DNA from: Burkholderiaceae bacterium
GTDB taxonomy: Bacteria > Pseudomonadota > Gammaproteobacteria > Burkholderiales > Burkholderiaceae_E
Assembly (NCBI GenBank): GCA_046348465.1
Contig: JAXMEE010000012.1
Location: forward strand, 128,702 to 192,701
Length of the DNA stretch: 64,000 nt
Direction: 5' to 3'
Shown here: piece after piece, positions 32,119 to 43,620 of the stretch
Layout: each line of letters starts with the position of its first letter
Position numbering within the stretch: the first letter of the stretch is position 1
Translations under genes and position numbers: made by a program
Notes under the pieces: generated by a model
What the model saw: the letters and a program-made list of their open reading frames with translations, nothing else
Told to the model about the DNA's origin: nothing
Databases searched by the model: none

Positions 32119-34062
32119 ATGTCGATTCCCCCCGGCGCGACAGCGCCCGTCGTCGAGGACCCGGACGCGCGCTCGGTGCGCCTGACCGGCGCGCCCTTCT
32201 GGGTGGCGTTCGTGCTGACTTCGATCGGCCTGCTGTGCTCGATCAACCAGATCTTCAACCTCGGGATCGCGGGCTTGCGGATCGTCAGCACCGGCTACTA
32301 CTACCTGATCATCGGCCTGTTCGCGGGCGTCGGATTCCTCGCGTTTCCCGCCCGCAAGGGCCAGGCGCGCGTGCGGTGGTTCGACTGGCTTCTCGCCGCC
32401 GCGACGCTCGGCGCTTCGGCGTGGATGGCGTCGCGCGCGCAGACGATCATCGACCAGGGCTGGAACCTCGACGCGCCCGCGCTGCCCACGCTGGTGGCCG
32501 GCCTGTACGTGGCGCTCGCGCTCGAGGGCGTGCGGCGCACCGGCGAAACCATACTGTTCGTCTTCTGCCTCGTGTTCGCCGCGTATCCTCTGTACGCCGG
32601 CCACATGCCGGGCTTCCTGTGGGGCGTGCAGCTCGACCTCGGGCAGGCCGTGCGCGAGCACGTGTACGGGCTCGAGAGCATCATCGGCATCCCGGTGCAG
32701 GTGGTCTCCGACGTGCTGATCGGCTTCGTCGTGTTCGGGGTCGTGCTCGCGAACACCGGCGGCAGCGCGTTCTTCATGAACTTCTCGTCGGCACTGCTCG
32801 GGTCGGCGCGCGGCGGGCCCGCCAAGGTCGCGATCGTCTCGTCGGGACTGTTCGGGATGCTCTCGGGCAGCCCCACGTCGAACGTGCTCACGACGGGCAC
32901 CCTGACGATCCCGACGATGAAGCGTTGCGGCTACGACCCGGTGTACGCGGGCGCGGTCGAGGCCTGCGCCTCGACCGGTGGAAGCCTGATGCCGCCGGTG
33001 ATGGGCGCGGCCGCGTTCATCATGGCGAGCTTCCTGAACGTGCCGTATGCCGACGTCGTCACCGCGGCGTTCCTGCCGGCGATCCTCTTCTACCTCGCGC
33101 TGCTGGTGCAGTCGGACCTCTACGCGGCGCGACGCGGATTGCGCGGGGTTCCGGCGGAAGAGGTTCCGCGGCTTGCCTCGACGATCGCGTCCGGGTGGCA
33201 CTACGTCGTCGCACTGGTCGCGCTCACGCTGCTGCTGCTGGTGTGGCGCGTCGAGGCCGAGGCGCCGTTCTGGATATCGCTCTTCCTGCTCGTGCTCGCG
33301 GTGCTGCGCCCGGTGGCGGGCCGATTCCGGTTCCGCGACTTCGCGCGGCTGGTCGTCGACGTGGGCCAGGCGGTCGCGCAGCTGATCTGCCTGATCGCGG
33401 GAATCGGGCTGATCGTCGGCGCGATGTCGGTGACCGGCGTGGCGAATTCGTTCTCGCGCGAGCTGGTCCAGTACGCGGCGGGCAACCTGTGGCTGCTGCT
33501 CGCGGCGGGAGCGCTCACGAGTTTCGTGCTCGGCATGGGCATGACCGCGTCGGCGTGCTACATCTTCCTCGCGATCGTGCTCGCGCCGGCGCTGATCCAG
33601 ACCGGAATCGACCCGATGGCGGCGCACCTGTACATCTTCTACTGGGGCATGGTCTCGTTCATCACGCCGCCGGTCGCGCTCGCTGCGATCGCGGCCGCGT
33701 CGATCGCCAAGGCGGACGCCATGGCCGTCGGGTTCCGCGCGTTGCGCATCGGCAGCCTGCTGCTGCTGCTGCCGGTGTTGTTCGTGCTGCAGCCGGCGCT
33801 GATACTGAAGGGGCCGGTGCTGCAGGTCGTGCAGGCGAGCGTGACCGCGCTCGCTGCGGTCGTTCTGCTGGGCGCGGCGTTCGAGGGCTACCTCTGGCGG
33901 GTCGGCGTGCTGCGCGGGTGGGTGCGCGCCGTGTTCGGGGCGGCGGGGCTGCTGCTTTTCATTCCCGAGGCCAACACCGACATCCTCGGAGTGGCGCTCG
34001 CCGCCGGGGGATTCGTGGCGGCCTGGCTCGCACGCGCGGGAGGACGCGCCGCAGGCGCGTGA
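32119..34062 (+). CDS. TRAP transporter 4TM/12TM fusion permease
   Basis: GGPAKVAIVSS, EACASTGG..MPPVMGAAAF, LGMGM, ITPPVAL. Confidence 0.92.
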   Translation: MSIPPGATAPVVEDPDARSVRLTGAPFWVAFVLTSIGLLCSINQIFNLGIAGLRIVSTGYYYLIIGLFAGVGFLAFPARKGQARVRWFDWLLAAATLGASAWMASRAQTIIDQGWNLDAPALPTLVAGLYVALALEGVRRTGETILFVFCLVFAAYPLYAGHMPGFLWGVQLDLGQAVREHVYGLESIIGIPVQVVSDVLIGFVVFGVVLANTGGSAFFMNFSSALLGSARGGPAKVAIVSSGLFGMLSGSPTSNVLTTGTLTIPTMKRCGYDPVYAGAVEACASTGGSLMPPVMGAAAFIMASFLNVPYADVVTAAFLPAILFYLALLVQSDLYAARRGLRGVPAEEVPRLASTIASGWHYVVALVALTLLLLVWRVEAEAPFWISLFLLVLAVLRPVAGRFRFRDFARLVVDVGQAVAQLICLIAGIGLIVGAMSVTGVANSFSRELVQYAAGNLWLLLAAGALTSFVLGMGMTASACYIFLAIVLAPALIQTGIDPMAAHLYIFYWGMVSFITPPVALAAIAAASIAKADAMAVGFRALRIGSLLLLLPVLFVLQPALILKGPVLQVVQASVTALAAVVLLGAAFEGYLWRVGVLRGWVRAVFGAAGLLLFIPEANTDILGVALAAGGFVAAWLARAGGRAAGA

Positions 34063-34087
34063 GTTCGCCCGCGACGCGTCGCGGGCG

Positions 34088-34882
<795 letters not shown>

Positions 34883-34957
34883 GGTGTGCGGGCGGAGGCG
34901 GTGATCGGGCGGACGTGCGGGGCGTGGCGTGCGTGCGCGGGGCGAGCCGGCCGGCGC

Positions 34958-35734
34958 TCAGCGCAGCGCGGCCCAGGGGTAGAGCCGCCGGTTCGCGGCC
35001 TTGAACGCGAAGTCGGTGACCAGCCCGATCAGCCCGATCACGATGATGCCGAAGATGATCTGCCCGGTGGCGAGCAGCGCCTGGCTGTCGGTGATCATGT
35101 GACCGATGCCGGACGACGAGCCCACCAGTTCGGCGACGATCACGTACGTCCAGGCCCAGCCGAGCACCAGGCGCAGGATCTCGGCGATCTCGGGCGCGGC
35201 GTTCGGCATCAGTACGCGCGTGACCAGCGTGCGGTCCGACACGCCCAGCGTGTACGCGGCCTCGACCAGGTCGCGGCGCGTGTTGCCGACCACGACCGCG
35301 ACCATCAGCACGAGCTGGAAGAACGAGCCGATGAAGATCACCAGCAGCTTCTGCGTCTCGCCGATGCCGGCCCACAGGATCAGCAGCGGGATGAACGCCG
35401 ACGCCGGCAGGTAGCGCGCGAACGACACGAAGGGCTCGAAGAACGCCTCGACCGGCTTGTACGCGCCCATCAGCACGCCCAGCGGCACGGCGAACACGGC
35501 CGCGAGCACGAAGCCGCCGACCACGCGCCAGATCGTCACGCCGATGTCGAGCGCGAACCCGTGGACCGTGACCAGCGTCCACCCGTCCAGGAGCATCGTG
35601 AGCGGGTCGGCGAGGAAGGTCTTCGACACGAAGCCGCCGAGCGTGGCGAGCGCCCACGCGGCGACGAACACGACGAAGAACCCGATCCCCAGCGCGACCC
35701 GCGCCGGCGCCCCGACCGGCGTGAGCGGCTTCAT
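34958..35734 (-). CDS. NitT/TauT family ABC transporter permease
   Basis: EAA motif (LVEAAYTLG), WTYVIVAEL, GIGE. Confidence 0.92.
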   Translation of the reverse strand: MKPLTPVGAPARVALGIGFFVVFVAAWALATLGGFVSKTFLADPLTMLLDGWTLVTVHGFALDIGVTIWRVVGGFVLAAVFAVPLGVLMGAYKPVEAFFEPFVSFARYLPASAFIPLLILWAGIGETQKLLVIFIGSFFQLVLMVAVVVGNTRRDLVEAAYTLGVSDRTLVTRVLMPNAAPEIAEILRLVLGWAWTYVIVAELVGSSSGIGHMITDSQALLATGQIIFGIIVIGLIGLVTDFAFKAANRRLYPWAALR

Positions 35735-35744
35735 CGCCCGCGCG

Positions 35745-36698
35745 TCACTTCACGAACGAGGCGTCGATGATGGTGTCGATGTTCGGCACCGTCTTGATGA
35801 TGCCGGCGTCGAGCAGGACCTCGGCGGCCTCCTTCGAGAACTGCTGGAGCTCGCCCGAGAAGAACTTCCGGTTCGCGTCGCGGTCCTGCCAGCGCAGGTA
35901 CGACGCCGACTTGCCGAACGCCTCGCCGCTCTGCTTGACGTCGGCGCCCATGATCTCGTAGGCCTTCGCCTGCTGCGACCTGATCATGTCGAGCGCGTCG
36001 AAGTAGCCGTCGGCCAGCGCCTTGGCCGCCTTCGGGTTCTCGGCGATGAACTTCGGCGTGCAGCCGACGGTGTCCATGATCATCGGGTAGTCGAGCGTGG
36101 TCGCGATGATCTTGCCGGCCTCGGGCTTGTCGCGCACCGACGAGAGGTACGGCTCGTAAGTCATTGCGGCGTCGATCCCGGCCTGGCCCGAGACGAACGC
36201 CTGCGCGGCCGGGTTCGGCTCCATGTTGACGACCTTGACGTCCTTCGGCGAGAGGCCGTTCTTCTTCAGCATCCACGCCATCGTGAAGTAGGGCGCGGTG
36301 CCGGGCGCGGAGGCCGCGATCGTCTTGCCCTTGAGGTCGGAGATCTTCGCGATGTTGTTGCGCACCGCCATGCCGTCGGCGCCGTAGCTCTTGTCGAGCT
36401 GGAAGAGCTGCTTCGTCGCCACGCCGGCGGAGTTCCAGACGATCCAGGTCTCGACCGTGGTCGCCGCGCACTGGATGTCGCCGGAGGCGATCGCGAGGTG
36501 GCGGTCCTTCTGCGGGATCTTCTTCAGCGTGACGTCCAGGCCGTGCTTCCTGAACAGGCCGGCCTCCTTGGCGAGCGTGAGCGGCGCGAAGCCGGTCCAG
36601 CCGGAGATGCCGATCGCCACCTTCGTCTCCTGGGCCTGCGCGCCCGTGCACATCGCCAGTCCGAGCGCGGCGGCGGCCGCGATTCGCTTCGGTTCCAT
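35745..36698 (-). CDS. NitT/TauT (SsuA/THI5-like) ABC transporter substrate-binding protein
   Basis: Sec signal; GWTGFAPL.LAKEAGLF, SYGADG, DLKGK, YEPY. Confidence 0.9.
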   Translation of the reverse strand: MEPKRIAAAAALGLAMCTGAQAQETKVAIGISGWTGFAPLTLAKEAGLFRKHGLDVTLKKIPQKDRHLAIASGDIQCAATTVETWIVWNSAGVATKQLFQLDKSYGADGMAVRNNIAKISDLKGKTIAASAPGTAPYFTMAWMLKKNGLSPKDVKVVNMEPNPAAQAFVSGQAGIDAAMTYEPYLSSVRDKPEAGKIIATTLDYPMIMDTVGCTPKFIAENPKAAKALADGYFDALDMIRSQQAKAYEIMGADVKQSGEAFGKSASYLRWQDRDANRKFFSGELQQFSKEAAEVLLDAGIIKTVPNIDTIIDASFVK

Positions 36699-36770
36699 CG
36701 TTTCCCCTCTCGTGTCGACGTTCGGTCGTTGGTGGTTCGTGATTCGTCGGGTCGTTGCGCGGATCGCCGC

Positions 36771-37478
36771 TCAGCGCGGCCGGAACCGGCTGTACAGCCG
36801 ATAGCGGTCGCCGGGGTGGACCAGCCGCGCGTAGCTCGCCACGCGCGCACCCGACCACGTCCGGCGCAGAATCGTAAGGCATGGCGAGGCTTCGCGGATG
36901 CGCAGCCGGCGTGCGGACTCCTCGTCGGCGCCTTCCGCGACGATCGCGTGCTCGACCTGGCGCAGCGGATAGTGCTCTTGCAAGTACTGTGCCGGCGTCG
37001 TCGCGCTGAAGTCGACCTCGGCGTACTCGGGCACCACCCGCGGGTTCACGTAGCGGTCCTCGTACTGGATCGGCTCCCCGTCCTCGAGGTGCACCACTCG
37101 GGAGCGGAAGACCTTCGTTCCGGTGCGAAGCTCGAGGCGTTCGGCGACGTCGGCGCTCGCCTTCTGAGCGCTCACCTCGAGCACCTCGGCGCTGTAGCGG
37201 TGGCCTCGGTTCGCGATCTGGCGGTCGATCGGCTCGACCGTGATCGGCGAGGACTGCGCCTTCAGCTCGGCGACGAAGCTTCCGCGCCGGCGAAAGCGCA
37301 CCAGGACGCCCTCCAGCATGAGCTCGCGCAGCGCCCGGTGCACGGTGAGGCGCGACAGGCCGAGCTCGCGCGCCCACGCCTCCTCGGAGCCGACCGCGTC
37401 ACCGGGGTGCAGCGCGCCGCTCGCGATCCGTTCGCGGACCAGCGACTTGACGCGCACGTAGTGGGGCTCGGCCGGCAC
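36771..37478 (-). CDS. hutC: histidine utilisation repressor HutC (GntR/UTRA)
   Basis: GTG start (approximate); SE..ARELGLSRLTVHRAL HTH; PIQYEDRYVNP and RRTWS UTRA motifs; divergent from hutU with operator between. Confidence 0.9.
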   Translation of the reverse strand: MPAEPHYVRVKSLVRERIASGALHPGDAVGSEEAWARELGLSRLTVHRALRELMLEGVLVRFRRRGSFVAELKAQSSPITVEPIDRQIANRGHRYSAEVLEVSAQKASADVAERLELRTGTKVFRSRVVHLEDGEPIQYEDRYVNPRVVPEYAEVDFSATTPAQYLQEHYPLRQVEHAIVAEGADEESARRLRIREASPCLTILRRTWSGARVASYARLVHPGDRYRLYSRFRPR

Positions 37479-37520
37479 GAAGACTCCCGGGGGCTCGGAT
37501 CCCGGCGCCCGCCGGGATCC

Positions 37521-37540
37521 GCAATTGTATAGACAAATGC
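37521..37540. promoter_or_regulatory. HutC operator
   Basis: GCAATTGTATAGACAAATGC near-palindrome containing TTGTATAGACAA, matching the enterobacterial hut operator core and the TGTA-N2-(T/G)ACA HutC box. Confidence 0.85.
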
Positions 37541-37656
37541 GGGGCCTTGTGCAAGGATCCGTGACGTCGCGCGACACGCCCGGCCCGCGCGCGCCGCAGC
37601 GGCGCGGGCCGCGCGGTGTGCGCATTCCCGCCGAGCGTCCGACAGGAGGTTGACCG

Positions 37657-39348
37657 ATGAACGCCCCCGCGTCCCCGCAGGATCTCGCCCGCAGCATCCG
37701 CGCGCCGCGCGGCACCGCGCTGAGCGCCCGCAGCTGGCTCACCGAGGCGCCGCTGCGCATGCTGATGAACAACCTCGATCCGGAGGTCGGGGAGAACCCG
37801 TCCGAGCTCGTGGTCTACGGCGGCATCGGGCGCGCGGCGCGAAACTGGGCGTGCTACGACGCGATCGTCGCCGCGCTGCGCCGTCTCGGCGACGACGAGA
37901 GCCTGCTGATCCAGTCCGGAAAGCCGGTGGGCATCTTCAAGTCTCACCCGGACGCGCCTCGCGTGCTGATCGCGAACTCGAACCTGGTCGGCAAGTGGTC
38001 GACGTGGGAGCACTTCGACGAGCTCGACCGCAAGGGCCTGATGATGTACGGGCAGATGACCGCGGGCTCGTGGATCTACATCGGCAGCCAGGGCATCGTC
38101 CAGGGAACCTTCGAGACCTTCGTCGAGCTCGGCCGGCGTCACTACGCGGGCGACTGGTCGGGCCGCTGGATCCTCACCGCGGGGCTGGGCGGGATGGGCG
38201 GCGCGCAGCCGCTCGCCGCGGTGCTCGCGGGCGCGTCGTGCGTGGTCGTCGAGTGCCAGCCCTCGCGCATCGAAAAGCGCCTCGAGACCCGCTACCTCGA
38301 TCACCAGGCACGCGACATCGACGAGGCGCTCGAGATCATCGGGCGCGCGCACCGCGAGGGCCGCGCGGTGTCGGTCGGCATCCTCGGCAACGCCGCGGAA
38401 CTGCTGCCGCAGTACCTCGCGCGCGGCATCCGCCCCGACGCCGTCACCGACCAGACCAGCGCGCACGACCTGGTCAACGGCTACCTGCCGATCGGCTGGA
38501 GCGTCGAGCGCTGGTGGCAGGTGCGCGAGCACGGCGGCGACACCGAGCGGCGCGCGCTCGCCGACGAAGCACGTGCGTCGGCCGTGAAGCACGTGCGCGC
38601 GATGCTGGGCTGGCACCGTGCCGGCGTTCCCGTCATCGACTACGGCAACAACCTGCGCCAGGTCGCGAAGGACGGCGGGGTGGCCGACGCCTTCGACTAC
38701 CCCGGGTTCGTGCCCGCGTGCATCCGCCCGCTCTTCTGCGAGGGCAAGGGGCCGTTCCGCTGGGTGGCGCTCTCCGGCGATCCCGAGGACATCTACAAGA
38801 CCGACGCGAAGGTCAAGGCGCTGTTCCCCGAGGACCGGCACCTGCACCGCTGGCTCGACGAGGCGCGCCACCGCATCGCGTTCCAGGGGCTGCCGGCGCG
38901 CATCTGCTGGCTCGGGCTGGGGCAGCGCCACCGCGCGGGCCTCGCGTTCAACGAGATGGTGCGCACGGGCGAACTGAAGGCGCCGATCGTCATCGGCCGC
39001 GACCACCTCGACACCGGCTCGGTCGCGAGCCCGAACCGCGAGACCGAATCGATGCGCGACGGCAGCGACGCGGTCGCCGACTGGCCGCTGCTGAACGCGA
39101 TGCTCAACGTCGCGGGCGGCGCGACCTGGGTCTCGATCCACCACGGCGGCGGCGTCGGCATCGGGTATTCGCAGCACGCCGGCGTCGTGATCGTGTGCGA
39201 CGGCACCGACGCCGCGGCGCGCCGCATCGAGCGCGTGCTGTGGAACGACCCGGCCATGGGCGTGATGCGCCACGCGGACGCTGGCTACGAGGACGCGATC
39301 GCGTGCGCGCGCGCCAGCGGGCTCGATCTGCCGATGATCGGGCGTTGA
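37657..39348 (+). CDS. hutU: urocanate hydratase
   Basis: [52 protein letters not shown]. Confidence 0.98.
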   Translation: MNAPASPQDLARSIRAPRGTALSARSWLTEAPLRMLMNNLDPEVGENPSELVVYGGIGRAARNWACYDAIVAALRRLGDDESLLIQSGKPVGIFKSHPDAPRVLIANSNLVGKWSTWEHFDELDRKGLMMYGQMTAGSWIYIGSQGIVQGTFETFVELGRRHYAGDWSGRWILTAGLGGMGGAQPLAAVLAGASCVVVECQPSRIEKRLETRYLDHQARDIDEALEIIGRAHREGRAVSVGILGNAAELLPQYLARGIRPDAVTDQTSAHDLVNGYLPIGWSVERWWQVREHGGDTERRALADEARASAVKHVRAMLGWHRAGVPVIDYGNNLRQVAKDGGVADAFDYPGFVPACIRPLFCEGKGPFRWVALSGDPEDIYKTDAKVKALFPEDRHLHRWLDEARHRIAFQGLPARICWLGLGQRHRAGLAFNEMVRTGELKAPIVIGRDHLDTGSVASPNRETESMRDGSDAVADWPLLNAMLNVAGGATWVSIHHGGGVGIGYSQHAGVVIVCDGTDAAARRIERVLWNDPAMGVMRHADAGYEDAIACARASGLDLPMIGR

Positions 39349-39377
39349 CGCGCCGTGTCGCGGCGGGGCGCTCGCTC

Positions 39378-40061
39378 GTGACCCCGGCGACGTGGCGCGC
39401 GGTCCGCGTCGACGCGATCGCGCCGGCGGCGTGGCGCAACGGCGGGGGCACCACGCGCGAGATCGCGCGCTGGGCCGGCGCCCGACTGAGCCTCGCCGAC
39501 ATCGACCGCGCCGGACCGTTCTCGGCGTTCGCGGGACTGCGCCGCTGGATCGCGGTCCTGCACGGGCGGGTCGGGCTGCGCTTCGCCGGCTCGACGATCG
39601 GGCTCGACGCCGGCAGCGATCCGTTCGCGTTCGACGGCGCCGACGCGCCGCACGCGGACCCCGGGCCGGTCGGCGGCTGCCGGGTGCTGAACCTGATGCT
39701 CGCGCCGGAGCGCGCCCCCGGCGGCGGCCTGCGCCGCGTCGAGCTGCGCGCCGGCGACGTGCTCGACGCGGGCGGGGCCTGCGCCGCCTACGTGTGCCGC
39801 GGCACGCTGATCGCCGGCGAGGCCCGGGTCGCCGCGGGCGACGCGCTCGTCGGAGACGCCCGGGTCGCCGCGGGCGACACGCTCGTCGGGGACGACACGG
39901 TCGCCGCGGGCGGCGCGCACGCCGGGGACGACACGGGCGCCGCGGGCGGCGCGCACGCCGGGGACGCGGACGTCGAGTGGCGCGCGGGCGAAGACGCCGT
40001 CGTGCTCGTGGCGCGGCTCGGGGACGGCCCCGTGCGCCCGCGCGCGGAAGTCCGCGCGTGA
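39378..40061 (+). CDS. hutD: HutD/Ves family protein
   Basis: [27 protein letters not shown]; alternative TTG start at 39345 overlapping the hutU stop. Confidence 0.85.
   Translation: MTPATWRAVRVDAIAPAAWRNGGGTTREIARWAGARLSLADIDRAGPFSAFAGLRRWIAVLHGRVGLRFAGSTIGLDAGSDPFAFDGADAPHADPGPVGGCRVLNLMLAPERAPGGGLRRVELRAGDVLDAGGACAAYVCRGTLIAGEARVAAGDALVGDARVAAGDTLVGDDTVAAGGAHAGDDTGAAGGAHAGDADVEWRAGEDAVVLVARLGDGPVRPRAEVRA
39816..39965 (+). repeat. four 36-bp tandem coding repeats in hutD
   Basis: [12 protein letters not shown] / [12 protein letters not shown] / [12 protein letters not shown] / [12 protein letters not shown]. Confidence 0.8.
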
Positions 40062-41608
40062 GCCCGCCGCGCGTCGTCCTCGATCCCGCCGGGCCCGCGC
40101 TCGCGGCGCTGCGCGCGGTCTATCGCGGGCCGGCGCGCGTCGCGCTGCCGCGCGGCTGGCGCGCGCCGGTGGCCGCGGGCGCCGCGGCGGTGCGCCGGAT
40201 CGTCGCGCGCGGCGAGCCCGCGTACGGCGTGAACACCGGCTTCGGCAAGCTCGCGCAGACGCACATCGAGCGCGACTGCCTCGGGCAATTGCAGCGCAAC
40301 CTGATCGCCTCCCACTGCGTGGGCGTCGGCGAGCCGCTGCCGGCGGCGGTCGTGCGCCTGGCGATCGCGCTGAAGATCGCGAGCCTGGCGCAGGGGTTCT
40401 CGGGCGTTCGCCCGTCCACCGTCGACGCGCTGCGCGCGCTGCTCGACGCGGACGCGCTGCCGGTGATCCCGTCGCAGGGCTCCGTCGGCGCGAGCGGCGA
40501 CCTCGCCCCGCTCGCGCACCTGACCTCGGCGCTGCTCGGCCTGGGCGAGATCGAACTCGGGGGCCGGCGCGTGCCGGCGGCGCGCGCGCTGGCCCGGATC
40601 GGGCGCGCGCCGCTGGAGCTCGCGCCCAAGGAAGGGCTCGCGCTGATCAACGGCACGCAGGTCTCGACCGCGCTCGCGCTCGGCGCGCTGTTCGACGGCG
40701 AGGCGGTCTTCTGCGCGGCGATCGCGGCCGGTGCGATGACCGTCGACGCGGCCGCGGGCTCCGACACGCCGTTCGACGCGCGCATCCACGCGCTGCGGCG
40801 ACAGCCGGGCCAGGCCGACGTCGCCGCGTGCCTGCGCGGGCTGCTCGCCGGGAGCGCGATCCGCGAGTCGCACCGCCGCCACGACTCGCGCGTGCAGGAC
40901 CCGTACAGCCTGCGCTGCCAGCCGCAGGTGATGGGGGCGTGCCTGGACCAGCTGCGCCACGCGGCGCAGGTGCTCGCGCGCGAGGCCGGCGCGGTCACCG
41001 ACAACCCGCTGGTGTTCGCCGGCACGGGCGAGGTGCTGTCGGGCGGCAACTTCCACGCCGAGCCGGTGGCGCTCGCGGCCGACGCGCTGGCCGTCGCGCT
41101 CGCCGAGGTCGGCGCGCTGGCCGAGCGGCGCATCGCGCTGCTGATCGACGCGAACCTGAGCGGACTGCCGCCGTTCCTCGTGCGCGACGCGGGCCTGAAC
41201 TCCGGCTTCATGATCGCGCACGTGACCGCGGCCGCGCTCGCGAGCGAGAACAAGTCGCTCGCGCACCCCGCGAGCGTCGACAGCCTGCCGACCTCCGCCA
41301 ACCAGGAGGACCACGTCAGCATGGCGACGTTCGCGGCGCGGCGACTGCACCCGCTGGTCGCGAACGTGCGCCGCATCGTCGCGATCGAGCTGCTCGCCGC
41401 CGCGCAGGGCATCGACCTGCGCGCGCCGCTCGCGACCGCGCCGGCGCTCGCGCGGGCGCACGCCGCAGTGCGCCGCCGCGCGGCGTTCTACGCGCGCGAC
41501 CGTCGCTTCACACCGGACATCGAGGCGGTCGCACGAGCGATCGCCGACGACGAATTCCTCCACCTCGACCGGGCGCTCGCCGCGCTCGCACCGTCCGCCC
41601 CGCCATGA
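40058..41608 (+). CDS. hutH: histidine ammonia-lyase
   Basis: GTGA overlap with hut[21 protein letters not shown] (MIO Ala-Ser-Gly), [24 protein letters not shown]. Confidence 0.97.
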   Translation: MSPPRVVLDPAGPALAALRAVYRGPARVALPRGWRAPVAAGAAAVRRIVARGEPAYGVNTGFGKLAQTHIERDCLGQLQRNLIASHCVGVGEPLPAAVVRLAIALKIASLAQGFSGVRPSTVDALRALLDADALPVIPSQGSVGASGDLAPLAHLTSALLGLGEIELGGRRVPAARALARIGRAPLELAPKEGLALINGTQVSTALALGALFDGEAVFCAAIAAGAMTVDAAAGSDTPFDARIHALRRQPGQADVAACLRGLLAGSAIRESHRRHDSRVQDPYSLRCQPQVMGACLDQLRHAAQVLAREAGAVTDNPLVFAGTGEVLSGGNFHAEPVALAADALAVALAEVGALAERRIALLIDANLSGLPPFLVRDAGLNSGFMIAHVTAAALASENKSLAHPASVDSLPTSANQEDHVSMATFAARRLHPLVANVRRIVAIELLAAAQGIDLRAPLATAPALARAHAAVRRRAAFYARDRRFTPDIEAVARAIADDEFLHLDRALAALAPSAPP

Positions 41609-42411
41609 GTCCCACCGACGCCGACCCCCCGCTCTACCACCTGATCCGCGGCGACGCGCCGCTGCTCGTGTCGATGCCGCACGTGGGCACGCACGTGCCC
41701 GCGGCGCTCGCCGCGCGCATGACGCCGGCCGCGCTCTCGCTCGCCGACACCGACTGGCACCTGCCGCTCGTCTACGACTTCCTCGAGGCGCTCGGCGCCA
41801 CGGTGCTGGTCGCGACGCACTCGCGGCTGGCCGTCGACCTGAACCGGCCGCCGTCGGGCGAGAACCTCTACCCGGGGCGCGACACGACGACGCTCGTGCC
41901 GGTGGACACGTTCCGCAAGGAGCCCGTGTACACGGGCGCCCCGCCCGACGCCACCGAGATCGCGCAGCGTGTCGAGCGCTATTGGCAGCCGTACCACGAG
42001 GCGCTCGCCGCCGAGCTCGCGCGCCTGCGCGGGCGCCATCCGCGGGTCGCGCTCTGGGACGCGCACTCGATCGCGTCCGAGCTGCCGCGCTTCTTCGACG
42101 GGCGCCTGTGGGACCTGAACTTCGGCACCGCGGGCGGCGCGTCGTGCGATCCCGGCATGAGCGGCGCGATCCTCGCGCCGGTGCGCGCGCAGCGCGACTA
42201 CACCTGGGTGCTGAACGGGCGCTTCACCGGCGGCTACATCACGCGCCGCTACGGCGATCCGGCGGCGGGCGTGCACGCGATCCAGCTGGAGATGTCGCAG
42301 GTGGTCTACATGGACGAGACCGCGCCGTTCGCGCTGCGCGAGGACCTGTGCGCGCCGCTCAGGCCGCTGCTGCGCGAGTGCCTGCGGGCGGCACTCGCCT
42401 GGATCCGTTGA
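41605..42411 (+). CDS. hutG: N-formylglutamate deformylase/amidohydrolase
   Basis: ATGA overlap with hut[43 protein letters not shown]. Confidence 0.93.
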   Translation: MSPTDADPPLYHLIRGDAPLLVSMPHVGTHVPAALAARMTPAALSLADTDWHLPLVYDFLEALGATVLVATHSRLAVDLNRPPSGENLYPGRDTTTLVPVDTFRKEPVYTGAPPDATEIAQRVERYWQPYHEALAAELARLRGRHPRVALWDAHSIASELPRFFDGRLWDLNFGTAGGASCDPGMSGAILAPVRAQRDYTWVLNGRFTGGYITRRYGDPAAGVHAIQLEMSQVVYMDETAPFALREDLCAPLRPLLRECLRAALAWIR

Positions 42412-43603
42412 ACCAGCGCTCGCGCAGCGGGTTCGCGCCCATCGCGTAGGCGAGCTCCGCCGGGCGCTCGACCTGCCACAGGCAGAGGTCCGCGAGCTTG
42501 CCGGCCTCGACGCTGCCGCACTCGCGGCCGCGCTGCAGCGCGCGCGCCGCGTGCGCGGTGAAGCCGGCGAGCGCCTCCTCGGGCGTGAGCCTGAACAGCG
42601 TGCACGCGAGGTTCATCGCGAGCAGCGGCGACACCAGCGGCGACGAGCCCGGATTGCAGTCGGTGGCGAGCGCGATCGGCACGCCCGCGTCGCGCAGCGC
42701 CTGCACCGGCGGCGCGTGCGTCTCGCGCAGGAAGTAGTACGCGCCCGGCAGCAGCACCGCGACCGTGCCCGCGGCCGCGAGCGCGCGCACGCCGTCGGCG
42801 CTCGTGTGCTCGAGGTGGTCGGCCGAGATCGCGCGGTGGCGCGCCGCGAGCGCCGCGCCGCCGCCGTCGGAGAGCTGGTCCGCGTGCAGCTTCACCGGCA
42901 GCCCGGCGGCGCGGGCGGCGTCGAACACCCGCTCGCACTGCGCCGGCGTGAACGCGATCGACTCGCAGAACGCGTCGACCGCGTCGGCGAGCCGCTCGCG
43001 CGCCGCCGCGGGCACGATCTCCCCGCACACCAGCGCGACGTAGTCGTCGGCGCGTCCCGCGTACTCGGGCGGCACCGCGTGCGCGGCGAGCAGCGTCGTG
43101 ACCGTGCGCACCGGCATTCGCTCGCCGAGCGCGCGCGCCACGCGCAGCAGCTTCGTCTCGGTGCCGGTGTCGAGGCCGTAGCCGGACTTGATCTCGACCG
43201 TGGTCACGCCCTCGTCGATCATGCGCGCGAGCCGGCGCGCGGACGCCTGCCCGAGCGCGTCGTCGGACGCGGCGCGGGTGGCGCGCACCGTGGACGCGAT
43301 GCCGCCGCCGGCGCGCGCGATCTCCTCGTACGTCGCGCCCGACAGCCGCATCTCGAACTCGCGCGCCCGGTTGCCGGCGTACACCAGGTGCGTGTGGCAG
43401 TCGACCAGCCCCGGCGTGATCCAGTCGTTGCCGGCGTCGAAGACCGTGGCGGCCGCGAAGCGCGGCGCGTGCGCGCGCGGCCCGACCCACGCGATGCGCG
43501 TGCCGCGGATCGCGATCGTCGCGTCGTCGATCGCGCCCCAGCGGCCGCCGATCATCGTCGCGACGCGGCAGTGCTCGATCAGTTCGTCGGCGTGCGCGTC
43601 CAT
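42359..43603 (-). CDS. hutI: imidazolonepropionase
   Basis: [41 protein letters not shown]. Confidence 0.96.
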   Translation of the reverse strand: MDAHADELIEHCRVATMIGGRWGAIDDATIAIRGTRIAWVGPRAHAPRFAAATVFDAGNDWITPGLVDCHTHLVYAGNRAREFEMRLSGATYEEIARAGGGIASTVRATRAASDDALGQASARRLARMIDEGVTTVEIKSGYGLDTGTETKLLRVARALGERMPVRTVTTLLAAHAVPPEYAGRADDYVALVCGEIVPAAARERLADAVDAFCESIAFTPAQCERVFDAARAAGLPVKLHADQLSDGGGAALAARHRAISADHLEHTSADGVRALAAAGTVAVLLPGAYYFLRETHAPPVQALRDAGVPIALATDCNPGSSPLVSPLLAMNLACTLFRLTPEEALAGFTAHAARALQRGRECGSVEAGKLADLCLWQVERPAELAYAMGANPLRERWFNGSRRVPPAGTRAAAA

Positions 43604-43620
43604 CACCGTATGATAAGAGC
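43604..43620. promoter_or_regulatory. putative bidirectional overlapping -10 elements giving leaderless hutI and hutF mRNAs
   Basis: + strand TATGAT(43609-43614)-N6-ATG(43621); - strand TATCAT(43615-43610)-N6-ATG(43603). Confidence 0.6.

Noticed and set aside
36791..36796. TGTACA as a second HutC site
   Set aside because: Inside the hutC coding end; lacks the TGTA-N2-(T/G)ACA spacing
39816..39965. 36-bp repeats as a CRISPR array
   Set aside because: Contiguous in-frame coding repeats with no spacers and no cas genes
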